A stretch of 41,709 nt of DNA from an uncultured Deinococcales bacterium (lineage in GTDB: Bacteria; Deinococcota; Deinococci; Deinococcales; JAAFIG01), in the NCBI GenBank assembly GCA_964247135.1, contig CAXTTL010000011.1:1-41709 (forward strand). Direction: 5' to 3'. A program made the translations under genes and the position numbers. This document shows positions 9,520 through 17,917 of this stretch, in pieces (positions within the stretch are counted from its first letter, which is position 1; each line of letters begins with the position of its first letter). The notes below the pieces were generated by a model. It saw nothing but the letters and a program-made list of their open reading frames with translations. It was not told where the DNA came from and searched no databases.

Positions 9520-10269
9520 TCAATTCAGTTTGGTCATGATTTCGCGCACCACAGCCCAGTCAACGCGCCTCAACGTGCCAACGCGCAACAACAACTCGAG
9601 CCGCATTTTGAGCATCAACTCGACGTCAATCTCTGACTTCCAACGTTTTAGCGCCAAATCCAGGGCAGGCTGCTCGAGTCGAGAGCATTCAAACTCAAGG
9701 CTGCTCCAACCCGCGCCGGTCCAATCGATCAAACCAGAGTACGCACCCTCAAACTCGAGCACGTTGTCTTGCCAGGCGTCGCCGTGAATAAAAGCATGGT
9801 TTTTGATGGCGTGTTTCGAGATGAGGATGTGCTCCAGCGTTTTGCGCTCAACCCCAGTCCAGTTTGCCATGTTTTGCGTGCGTTCAATCCAGACCTCGTG
9901 CGAAATCCACTCTTCGGGCAGGTCCTCGGGTGCAACCTCGAGCGGGTGGGCGTGAAGTTTCTCGAGGTCACCCAGCAGCGAATCCCAGAGTGTTGCGGGG
10001 CTGGTGTTGCGATTGCTGCGAACTCCAGGCAGGCGTTTCCAGATCGAATAATCCTGTCCAAAAGCCACACAGGCGGCGGTTGTCACCCCAAGCTTCAGCG
10101 CCGCTTGAGCCAGCCGAGCCTCACGCGCATGGTCGGCTAAAACAGTGTTCCTCGAGATTCTGAGCACGTACTCTTCGCTCATGAAAACATGATTGTCGTA
10201 ACCCGCGCCGGCTGGTTCAAAGGTCTTAAACTTCAGCTTGTGGCGCTCAAAAATGTCTTCTGGATTTAA
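9520..10269 (-). CDS. Aminoglycoside-phosphotransferase (APH/choline kinase-like) family protein; start codon uncertain
   Basis: HGDAWQDNVL (Brenner motif) and GLIDW. The frame stays open upstream of ATG 10182 and encodes PEDIFERH...GAGYDNHVFMSEEYVLRI. Confidence 0.8.
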   Translation of the reverse strand, partial: LNPEDIFERHKLKFKTFEPAGAGYDNHVFMSEEYVLRISRNTVLADHAREARLAQAALKLGVTTAACVAFGQDYSIWKRLPGVRSNRNTSPATLWDSLLGDLEKLHAHPLEVAPEDLPEEWISHEVWIERTQNMANWTGVERKTLEHILISKHAIKNHAFIHGDAWQDNVLEFEGAYSGLIDWTGAGWSSLEFECSRLEQPALDLALKRWKSEIDVELMLKMRLELLLRVGTLRRVDWAVVREIMTKLN

Positions 10270-10940
10270 AGCGTTGGTTGCGATATCGCACCCTCCACCC
10301 AGCGTTCACCCGACTCCGCGACCTCGAGTTTCCAGACGGGCAATCTGGACTTCGCCTCGTCCACCAACCACGGTACGGCGTCCAGGCAGGCACGGCGATG
10401 GCTGCTGCCGGCGCCGACAAAAATACTGATTTCGCCAGGCAGCACGATGCCGGTTCGGTGTGCAAGAACCACCGCGCCCAAATCCCATGTCGCCCTGGCT
10501 TCGAGCGCCAAATCGCGCATCACATTCCGGCAAAGCGCAGGGTACGCCTCGTACTCGAGCCTTAAAATGTCCAGGTTTTTGTTGGGTGTGCGGGTGCTGC
10601 CAGTGAACACGGCTTGCCCGCCCCAACCTGGGCGAATCAATTTGGCGTGAAGCTCAGCTATCGGTAGGGTTTCAGCGCTGACCAGAAAGAAATCCGGTTC
10701 GGCTTCGCCGCCAGCCACCGGCGGGATAAATGCCAGGGTATCACCAGGGTTCAAAATCACATCTGGCGTGGCGTACTCGTCGTTGACGGCAACCATCGAG
10801 CCAGCCAACTCGAGGTTGAATTTCAGTTCGACCAGACGCGCCGCCTCGCGCACGGTTGCCGCGTTTGCCAGCTCAAAAATGGTTTCAGAAATTCCAGCCG
10901 TTCGTTTGTGGCTGGCAAAGAAAAGCAATTTCACGTTCAT
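10266..10940 (-). CDS. Molybdopterin synthase MoaD-MoaE fusion
   Basis: ThiS/MoaD domain ending FIPPVAGG, then MoaE motifs LEYEAY, HRTG, SSHR and LPVWKLE; TAAACT 6 nt before the ATG. Confidence 0.92.
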   Translation of the reverse strand: MNVKLLFFASHKRTAGISETIFELANAATVREAARLVELKFNLELAGSMVAVNDEYATPDVILNPGDTLAFIPPVAGGEAEPDFFLVSAETLPIAELHAKLIRPGWGGQAVFTGSTRTPNKNLDILRLEYEAYPALCRNVMRDLALEARATWDLGAVVLAHRTGIVLPGEISIFVGAGSSHRRACLDAVPWLVDEAKSRLPVWKLEVAESGERWVEGAISQPTL

Positions 10941-11060
10941 GGGCTAAGTTTAACCGCCTTCACCTGGGAAGCATGAAATTCTGCCCCGCGCAAATCGTGA
11001 CATGTGAAACCAAAGTCGTTTTCGACCAGCCAAGGAATTTCAGGTCGGTAGACTAAAGAA

Positions 11061-11894
11061 GTGTTGTCCAGCCTGAAACCCGATTATTCACGGACACCCA
11101 TTTTGTCGGGACGGGTCAGGGGGGCGTACCTCCCAGCCTTTCTCGAGTTCATGAGCGCCACCGCGCACACGGGCACGCTCGAGGTTGAAGGACCAAACGA
11201 GGTTAAATCGCTGGTGGTTGTGATCGCTGGACTCGTCAAATTTGCCGAAACCGAATCCGAAGACGGCAACATCAGCATCGGCACCGAGGCATTGCGGGCA
11301 ATGTTGCGCTGGCGTTACGCCTTTTGCAATGTTTATGATGGTTATCTCGAGGTCGTGCCCAACATCAACGGTTCGATTATTGGGGTTTTGATCGAGGCGG
11401 CGCGGCTCGAGGACGAAGCCAGCCGAGAACGCAGCTTGCCGCCCAGCGCCAGAATTCGGGTGCGCAACAACGTCTCGGCTTACGAATCGCTCGGCGCCCC
11501 AGAAATGATGCTGCTCTCCAAAGCCCGCACCGGAATCACCGTTGGCGACTTGCGCAAGGTCTTGCCAGGAATGCCCGTGGACAGCGCGATACTCGAGCTT
11601 CACGGCCAAGGCATTCTCGAGGTTGAGGGTTTAAAAGCGCCGAGTTCCCTAAATGCCACCGCCGAATTTCGGGCGTTGTTGGTGATGGTCGTGCCGCGCC
11701 AAGTGCCAAAGCGCCCGATGGGACGCAACGCGCCGAGAACATCAACGCAAATGACCAGCTTGCACAAAACCGTGTTCGATCTGGTCAACGGCGAGCGCAG
11801 CGCCGAAAACATTCGCAACGAATTGCGGCTCTCGCCGGGTACAATGCGTGATATCTTGCAATCGCTGCGGAGTGCCTCATGGATCGAATACTAA
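11061..11894 (+). CDS. DUF4388 (PATAN-like) domain protein with C-terminal winged-helix-like repeats
   Basis: G-x-V...LPAFLEFM...HTGTLEV...GVLIEAARLEDE pattern; TAGACT 6 nt before the GTG. Confidence 0.7.
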   Translation: MLSSLKPDYSRTPILSGRVRGAYLPAFLEFMSATAHTGTLEVEGPNEVKSLVVVIAGLVKFAETESEDGNISIGTEALRAMLRWRYAFCNVYDGYLEVVPNINGSIIGVLIEAARLEDEASRERSLPPSARIRVRNNVSAYESLGAPEMMLLSKARTGITVGDLRKVLPGMPVDSAILELHGQGILEVEGLKAPSSLNATAEFRALLVMVVPRQVPKRPMGRNAPRTSTQMTSLHKTVFDLVNGERSAENIRNELRLSPGTMRDILQSLRSASWIEY

Positions 11895-12469
11895 AATTTT
11901 TGCTGTGCTTTGTGATGTTTGGTGCCGCTCGAGCCGAACTGAACGGCGCCGCGCTCGAGGCGTACCTGCAAGCCCAGCGTTTGTATACCCAAGCCATCGC
12001 AAGCAGTTTGGGCAGCACGGTTGCGAACCTGAAACTCGAGGTGTGGTTCAAGGTCATCGATGCGGCGGAAAAAGCTGTGACCCTCGCGCCCAAAGAACCC
12101 GAACCGTTGTTGTTGCGGGCGCAGGTCTTCACCAGAATTCAACTCTGGCAAAAAGCCGATGTTGCCTGGAAAGGCTACTTTGCCCTGACCGAAGGCTCGA
12201 GCGCATCCAGGGCACTGATGGCGAACGTTCAGTTCGAGCTTGCCTTAAAATCTCGAGATCAAAAGAAACTAAACGATGCTATTGGTTTTTTGGAGCAAGC
12301 CGTTTTTTACAACCCTCAAAAACAAAAAGCCTGGTCGCTGCTCGGACGCTCGAGGTACGAGGCGGGCAGGTTCGCCCTCGCCAGTGAAGCCTGCCTGCGG
12401 GCGCTCGAGTTAAACCCAAATGACCAAATGGCAACCTATTACCTCAAACTTGCCAGAGCCAAAATATAA
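11879..12469 (+). CDS. Exported tetratricopeptide-repeat protein
   Basis: Signal-like N-terminus (ARA); TPR-like A..A..L.P patterns, for example ACLRALELNPND. Confidence 0.75.
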   Translation: MDRILKFLLCFVMFGAARAELNGAALEAYLQAQRLYTQAIASSLGSTVANLKLEVWFKVIDAAEKAVTLAPKEPEPLLLRAQVFTRIQLWQKADVAWKGYFALTEGSSASRALMANVQFELALKSRDQKKLNDAIGFLEQAVFYNPQKQKAWSLLGRSRYEAGRFALASEACLRALELNPNDQMATYYLKLARAKI

Positions 12470-12502
12470 AACAAACCCTCGAGCTTTAAACTCGAGGGTT
12501 TG
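12465..12502. terminator. Hairpin with CTCGAG arms; U-tract on the minus strand
   Basis: CAAACCCTCGAG-ctttaaa-CTCGAGGGTTTG, a 12-bp stem at 12472-12502 with an A-run on its left. Confidence 0.75.
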
Positions 12503-12678
12503 CCTTGTGAGCAGCAGGTTTTCGGGAGGTTGAGTCAACAAGGGACGCTCACGGAATCCGGTATTGCTACAGGTATTGTGCACCTTAAAATTGCCGTTCG
12601 ATGTGCAAAATGCACACGGAAACCAGACGCGCATTTGAACCTCGAGAAAGCGCCAGGACTGGGTTACAATTTGCAACC

Positions 12679-13146
12679 ATGAGCACACGCAAAACAGTCA
12701 CCATTCACACCGACGGCTCGTGCCTGGGCAACCCAGGACCGGGCGGCTGGGCAGCCATCCTCGAGTTTAACGGCAAAACCCTGGAAGTCAGCGGCGGCGA
12801 ACTGGAATCCACCAACAACCGCATGGAACTGATGGCAGCCATCGGGGCACTCGAGGCGCTCAAAGAACCCTGCGAAGTGATTGTCGTGACCGACAGTAAG
12901 TACGTTCAGCAGGCTTTTGAAAAAAATTGGTTGAAAGGCTGGCAAAAAAACGGCTGGCTCACCGCTAGCAAACAACCCGTCAAAAACCGAGAACTCTGGG
13001 AACGGCTGCTGGCACTCACCAAAACCCACGAGGTGAAATGGTCATGGACCAAAGGACACGTTGGACACGCCCTGAATGAACGCGCCGATCAACTCGCCAA
13101 CCAAGCTCGAGATTTGGTGATGGGCAAGAAAACGAGCAAGCTTTGA
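12679..13146 (+). CDS. rnhA: Ribonuclease HI
   Basis: [27 protein letters not shown] and KGHVGH..NERAD motifs; TACAAT 8 nt before ATG 12679. Confidence 0.97.
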   Translation: MSTRKTVTIHTDGSCLGNPGPGGWAAILEFNGKTLEVSGGELESTNNRMELMAAIGALEALKEPCEVIVVTDSKYVQQAFEKNWLKGWQKNGWLTASKQPVKNRELWERLLALTKTHEVKWSWTKGHVGHALNERADQLANQARDLVMGKKTSKL

Positions 13147-13222
13147 TGCCTCGAGATTTTTGTTACTCGGGACAAAGTCACGAACAGTTTCTCACCACGA
13201 ACCCGAGAAATCACTATCCCCA

Positions 13223-13248
13223 AGGGCGAACACGAGGTTCGCCCCTAC
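13223..13248 (-). repeat. GTAG-family REP-like palindrome
   Basis: The minus strand reads GTAG-GGGCGAAC-ctcgt-GTTCGCCC-T. Confidence 0.7.
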
Positions 13249-13281
13249 ATTTATTGTTGCGTTTTTTGTTATGCTTCCCCA

Positions 13282-14079
13282 ATGCTTTTTGAAGGTTACG
13301 AACTGCGCGACATCACCAACCCCAACGAACTCGAGTTGCTCGAGGAAGTCCAAAAAGCCGCCTGGGGTTACGATGACCGCGAGGTCACGCCAGGCTCGTT
13401 GATGGTCGCCAGCGTGCATTCTGGTGGCATTGTGGTGGCGGCTTTTCCCGGCAACTCGAGTACGCCCGTCGGTTTTGCCTTCGGCTTTCCTGCCGTGCGT
13501 GGCGGGCGTTTGCTGCACCATTCGCACCTGCTGGCAATTGCGCCCGCTCATCGTGGCACGGGTTTGGCTCGAGAACTTAAACTCATGCAACGCGCTCGGG
13601 CGCTCGAAGCTGGTTTTGACTTGATGACCTGGACGTTTGATCCTTTAATCTCGAGAAACGCGCGGTTAAACCTGGGCAAACTTGGCGCGAGAGCCGTCAG
13701 TTACCACGCCGATTGGTACGCGATTCGGGGCGGCATTTACGCGGGGTTGCCCGCAGATCGGTTCATGGTTCAATGGGATTTGCGCCGCGACTCGAGCGAG
13801 CATCCCGTCACTCGAGCCAGCGGCGAATTGGCACTGGAAGCCGTAAATGGCAATGTCAACCTTGGTGTCAACCCAAGCAACCTCGAGCTAAACAGTGATT
13901 CGATCCTCATCGAAGTTCCACGCGACATCGAAGCCTTGAAGCGCGACCACCTCGAAATCGCTCGAGCCTGGCGTTTGGCGCACCGTGAAGTGTTTCCCGC
14001 CTATTTCGCACGAGGTTATGCTGCCACCGACCTTGCCAGCATTGATACCCGTACTTTTTATGTGCTCAAAAAAACTTGA
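13282..14079 (+). CDS. GNAT-family acyltransferase (resembles the OSBS/NSAR-linked succinyltransferase group)
   Basis: HSHLLAI..AHRGTGLARELK, WTFDPL...NARLN..KLGA and PADRF motifs; TGnTATGCT 6 nt before the ATG. Confidence 0.85.
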   Translation: MLFEGYELRDITNPNELELLEEVQKAAWGYDDREVTPGSLMVASVHSGGIVVAAFPGNSSTPVGFAFGFPAVRGGRLLHHSHLLAIAPAHRGTGLARELKLMQRARALEAGFDLMTWTFDPLISRNARLNLGKLGARAVSYHADWYAIRGGIYAGLPADRFMVQWDLRRDSSEHPVTRASGELALEAVNGNVNLGVNPSNLELNSDSILIEVPRDIEALKRDHLEIARAWRLAHREVFPAYFARGYAATDLASIDTRTFYVLKKT

Positions 14080-14151
14080 GGGAACGATTTTAAACTTCGC
14101 ACCGTATTTTAACTCGAGTGAAGTAGATTCAAAACCCGAGAGGAATCAACC

Positions 14152-14568
14152 ATGAACGAAGAAAATTTTAAAGCCAAAGCCGCCAAAATCAGCAGTGAAG
14201 ACGCCAAGAAAGTGATCGACAGCGCCCAAATGATATTTGGTAAAGTGCTCGGTTCGGACATTCTTAAAGACCTGATTTCGGACGTGACCGCGCTGGTCGA
14301 AATGATCCGTGACGTTGTGACTGGCAAATACACCGCCGCACCTTGGGCAACAATCTCCGCCGCCGTGTTCGCACTTCTTTACCTGCTCAGTCCATTTGAC
14401 CTTATTCCCGACATCATTCCAGTTCTGGGCTTGACCGACGATGCCGCCGTGATTGCGCTGTGTTTGCGACTGACCCGCAACGATCTTGACAAATACCGCG
14501 TTTGGAAGCTCGAGCAGCAAAGTGACAAGGAAACCAAAACGGTGAATGCCGATTCAAAACCCAGCTAA
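14152..14568 (+). CDS. YkvA/DUF1232 family protein
   Basis: [21 protein letters not shown] motif; GAGAGGA RBS. Confidence 0.9.
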   Translation: MNEENFKAKAAKISSEDAKKVIDSAQMIFGKVLGSDILKDLISDVTALVEMIRDVVTGKYTAAPWATISAAVFALLYLLSPFDLIPDIIPVLGLTDDAAVIALCLRLTRNDLDKYRVWKLEQQSDKETKTVNADSKPS

Positions 14569-14582
14569 CAATCTGAGAATCT

Positions 14583-14627
14583 CGTAGGGGCGCTGCTCGA
14601 AAGGGCGCAGCAAGCAGCGCCCCTACG
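14583..14627. repeat. Inverted REP pair (one full and one truncated GTAG-family REP) between convergent genes
   Basis: CGTAGGGGCGCTGCT (14583-14597) and AGCAGCGCCCCTACG (14613-14627) form a perfect 15-bp inverted repeat. The minus strand carries GTAGGGGCGCTGCTTGCTGCGCCCT. Confidence 0.75.
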
Positions 14628-14637
14628 TCGTAATTGG

Positions 14638-15744
14638 TTACAGTGTCTCGAGTGCGTCGGTGACTGCAAGATTCAAGGCTTCGCCAACGCCCTTGTAGGT
14701 CAGTTTGCCATTGCGGGTGTTCAAACCTTTCAGCAACGCGCCGTCGTGTTTAAGCGCTTTAATGCCGTGATCTGCAAGTTTCAGGGCATAACCGATGGTT
14801 TGATTGGTCAGCGCAAACGTGCTGGTGCGCGGCACAGCCCCAGGCATGTTCGCCACGCCGTAATGCACCACGCCATCAACCACATACGTCGGGTCGTCGT
14901 GGGTGGTGGCATGAATGGTTTCGACGCAACCGCCCTGATCGACGGCAACGTCCACAATCACACTGCCTTCGGGCATGGTGGGCAGCATGTCTTTGGTCAG
15001 CAAATGTGGTGCTCGAGCGCCAGGAATCAGAACCCCGCCAACCACCAAATCCGCCAGTTGAATCACTTCGCGGATGTTGGCTTCGTTGCTCGCCATCGTT
15101 TGGACGCGTCCACCGAAAATATCATCGAGGTACGCCAGACGCCTGTGCGAAACGTCCATGATGATGACTCGAGCGCCCATGCCGACCGCAATTTTGGCGG
15201 CGTTCGTGCCGACCACACCGCCGCCGATAATCACCACGCGCCCTGGAATCACGCCAGGAACACCACCGAGCAGCACGCCGCGCCCACCGTTGGGCTTCAG
15301 CAGGCACGCCGCACCAACTTGCGGCGCGAGCCGACCTGCAACCTCTGACATGGGCGTCAAAAGCGGCAATGAACCATCCTCGAGTTGAACTGTTTCGTAA
15401 GCCACCGCCGTTGTGCCACTCGAGATGAGGGCTTCGGTCAGGTCTTGATCGGCTGCCAGGTGAAGGTAGGTGAACAGCAGCAAATCTGGGCGCAAGAATT
15501 TGTACTCTTCATGAATCGGTTCTTTGACCTTGACGACCATCTCGGCGTGCCAAGCCTCAACCGCGCTCGAGACAATTTCCGCCCCCGCTTTTTGATACTC
15601 GAGGTCGGTGATGCCCGAGCCGACACCCGCGCCCGTTTCGACCAGCACGGTATGCCCGCGTTTGAGCAGCGCCGCAACGCCGCCTGGGGTCATGGAAACA
15701 CGGTTTTCTTTGACTTTGATTTCTTTGGGAATGCCGACAATCAT
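14638..15744 (-). CDS. ald: Alanine dehydrogenase
   Basis: [32 protein letters not shown] and [15 protein letters not shown] motifs; GAGGAGG RBS before ATG 15744. Confidence 0.97.
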   Translation of the reverse strand: MIVGIPKEIKVKENRVSMTPGGVAALLKRGHTVLVETGAGVGSGITDLEYQKAGAEIVSSAVEAWHAEMVVKVKEPIHEEYKFLRPDLLLFTYLHLAADQDLTEALISSGTTAVAYETVQLEDGSLPLLTPMSEVAGRLAPQVGAACLLKPNGGRGVLLGGVPGVIPGRVVIIGGGVVGTNAAKIAVGMGARVIIMDVSHRRLAYLDDIFGGRVQTMASNEANIREVIQLADLVVGGVLIPGARAPHLLTKDMLPTMPEGSVIVDVAVDQGGCVETIHATTHDDPTYVVDGVVHYGVANMPGAVPRTSTFALTNQTIGYALKLADHGIKALKHDGALLKGLNTRNGKLTYKGVGEALNLAVTDALETL

Positions 15745-15867
15745 AATGTCCTCCTCGAGCAACTTGACTTGACATTTGTATTTTAGGAAGAGAAACCAAA
15801 CTCGAGAATGGGTTTTGACAGGCTGTTCGGATTTGTGGGTTTTGAAATTTTAAGTCAAAATGCATTT

Positions 15868-16338
15868 ATGGTTTACGATTCGCAATTGATTCCCGACGAA
15901 GCCGACAAAGCCATTTTGCGCGAACTGCAACTCGACGCCAGAATTTCTTATTCCGAACTTGCCAGACGTATTGGCAGAAGCACCCCCACGGTGATCGAAC
16001 GCATCCGTAAACTCGAGGATGCTGGCATCATTGTCGGTTCGAGCATACGCCTGAACCTCGAGAAACTCGGTTTTGGTGTGACTGCCCTGATTGAAGTCAA
16101 AACAGACCCGATGCGCTACGAAAAAGTGCTCGAGTTTGCCCGCAACCGCGAGGAAATCCGCGAGTGTTACTTCGTGACAGGGGAGAGCAGTTTTGTCTCG
16201 AGGGTGATTGCACCAAGCATCGCGCATTTGCAAGAATTGATTCAAACCTTTTCGCTGTATGGCAGCACCCGAACCAGCGTGGTGCTGTCCAGTCCGATCA
16301 TCAAAGATTTTTTTGACCTCGAGAAAATGAAATCCTAA
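15868..16338 (+). CDS. Lrp/AsnC family regulator divergent from ald (AldR-like)
   Basis: DKAILRELQLDARISYSELARRIGRS HTH and ECYFVTGE motif. Confidence 0.92.
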   Translation: MVYDSQLIPDEADKAILRELQLDARISYSELARRIGRSTPTVIERIRKLEDAGIIVGSSIRLNLEKLGFGVTALIEVKTDPMRYEKVLEFARNREEIRECYFVTGESSFVSRVIAPSIAHLQELIQTFSLYGSTRTSVVLSSPIIKDFFDLEKMKS

Positions 16339-16353
16339 AACTTGAGCTGCGAT

Positions 16354-16629
16354 TCAGTTGTATGCGCCATCGTGATCGGTAAAAATACCCAAAAATCGCA
16401 AGACGTTGCCATCACGCCTTGCCGCCAAGCGGACTTTTTGCGAAGCCCGCAGCGTGTAATAGTCTTTGTTTTCAAGCCATTCCCAGTTTAGACCGTTGTC
16501 TTGATAAACCTGTTCCCAGGTCATTCGCACCAACTTCCTTAAAGTGCTGATCACTTTGGTCAGATCGGATTTCTCGAGCGCAAACAGGTCTTTTTGGAAA
16601 TTGGCGTTGTTTAAATCAATTTCGATCAT
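16354..16629 (-). CDS. Small RelE/ParE-fold-like protein, putative toxin
   Basis: 91 aa; FQKDLFAL helix followed by YTLRASQKVRL and C-terminal DHDGAY; ATGA overlap with the upstream gene. Confidence 0.55.
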   Translation of the reverse strand: MIEIDLNNANFQKDLFALEKSDLTKVISTLRKLVRMTWEQVYQDNGLNWEWLENKDYYTLRASQKVRLAARRDGNVLRFLGIFTDHDGAYN

Positions 16630-16937
16630 GAACGCTGAACCTTGGATTTGCCGCGCTTGCGTTTTTCAGTGTTCTTCAGGGCTTTGTCAAACAGTGTTTC
16701 CATTTCTTCAGCCGTTGTGACTCGAGTGGCGGTGCTTTCGAGTTGCTTTAGACCCTCGTCAATTCGGGCAGCGTTTTGTGGTGTGTGCATCCAGAGTTCA
16801 TCGTGCGGAATGACCGATGCGGTTTTGATACGCCAAACGCCAGGTTCGGTTTGTGTGACCAGCACATGTTGCCCCGCAAATTCTTTGCCCAGATAAATTT
16901 GACCACCCGCACCGACGGTTTTGACTTGAGATTTCAT
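16626..16937 (-). CDS. Small AbrB/MazE-like protein, putative antitoxin
   Basis: VKTVGAGGQIYLGKEF swapped-hairpin-like N-terminus; TGnTACAAT 6 nt before ATG 16937. Confidence 0.6.
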   Translation of the reverse strand: MKSQVKTVGAGGQIYLGKEFAGQHVLVTQTEPGVWRIKTASVIPHDELWMHTPQNAARIDEGLKQLESTATRVTTAEEMETLFDKALKNTEKRKRGKSKVQRS

Positions 16938-16982
16938 GGTTTCATTGTAGCAATGTTTCAGTATTTTCAAAAACGACACCAT

Positions 16983-17873
16983 TCACTGCCATGCCCGAAC
17001 CACTTTCAACCTCGAGCCATCACCTTCAACCACCGCCACCAACTGCCCCGCCAGCGTCAGAACAACTTGCCCAACAGCCTCATGCTCGAGTTTTTTGCCG
17101 TCTCGAGCGTCTTTGGCTTGCTTGGGACTGACTTCAATTCTGGGCATCTCGAGCGCGTCCAATTCGGGAATTGGCGTTGTGCTGCCTAAATCCTCAAGTT
17201 CGACGGCTTGCTCGAGTTTAAATTTCCCAACCCGCGTGCGAATGAGACCTGACAAGTGCGCGGGAACTTTCAGCACCTCGCCAATATCCCGCGCCAAACT
17301 GCGCAAGTACGTGCCGCTTGAGACTGAAGCGAAGACCAGCAGCGTCGGAAAGTTGCCCAACGGTGTTGGCAAAGGGTGCGGAATGCCTTCAGTCACAGCC
17401 TCGAGATTTTTACCGTATTTAATCAGCTCGAGCTTGTGAATCGTAACGTTTCTCGGCTCGAGTTTCACCTCTTTGCCCGCCCGCGCAAGGTCGTAAGCGC
17501 GTTCGCCATTCACATGAATGGCGCTAAAAATCGGCGGCATTTGCTGTTGCGCCCCGACAAACCTCTCGAGTACCGTTTCAAGCTGCGCACTCGAGAATTC
17601 TGGAACGGCTTGTGTCTCAAGGATCGGACCTTCGGCATCGAGCGTCGGTGTGCTCGCGCCCAAACTGATGAACGCCAAATAATCCTTGGAATCGGCGGTC
17701 ATGAACTGCACCAATTTGGTGCTCGAGTCTGTGGCGATCACCAAAACCCCAGTTGCCAGCGGGTCGAGCGTGCCCGTATGCCCAACACTTTTCGTGCCAA
17801 GTTGCTTGCGGGCAATTGCCACCGCATCGAACGAAGTCTTGCCAAGCGGCTTGTTGACGATGTAAATACCCAT
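16983..17873 (-). CDS. truB: tRNA pseudouridine(55) synthase
   Basis: VNKPLG.TSFD, GHTGTLDPLATGVL and SSGTYLRSLARD motifs. Confidence 0.96.
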   Translation of the reverse strand: MGIYIVNKPLGKTSFDAVAIARKQLGTKSVGHTGTLDPLATGVLVIATDSSTKLVQFMTADSKDYLAFISLGASTPTLDAEGPILETQAVPEFSSAQLETVLERFVGAQQQMPPIFSAIHVNGERAYDLARAGKEVKLEPRNVTIHKLELIKYGKNLEAVTEGIPHPLPTPLGNFPTLLVFASVSSGTYLRSLARDIGEVLKVPAHLSGLIRTRVGKFKLEQAVELEDLGSTTPIPELDALEMPRIEVSPKQAKDARDGKKLEHEAVGQVVLTLAGQLVAVVEGDGSRLKVVRAWQ

Positions 17874-17917
17874 GCCAAGCATCCTGTCATGCTTTTTATT
17901 GGCGTGCAAGAAGCCGT

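Noticed and set aside
10247-10271. prfB-like +1 frameshift at CTT-TAA, or slippery TTTAAAT, fusing moaE to the phosphotransferase
   Set aside because: The +1 frame stops after a few codons, and the heptamer is not phased for a -1 shift from the moaE frame.
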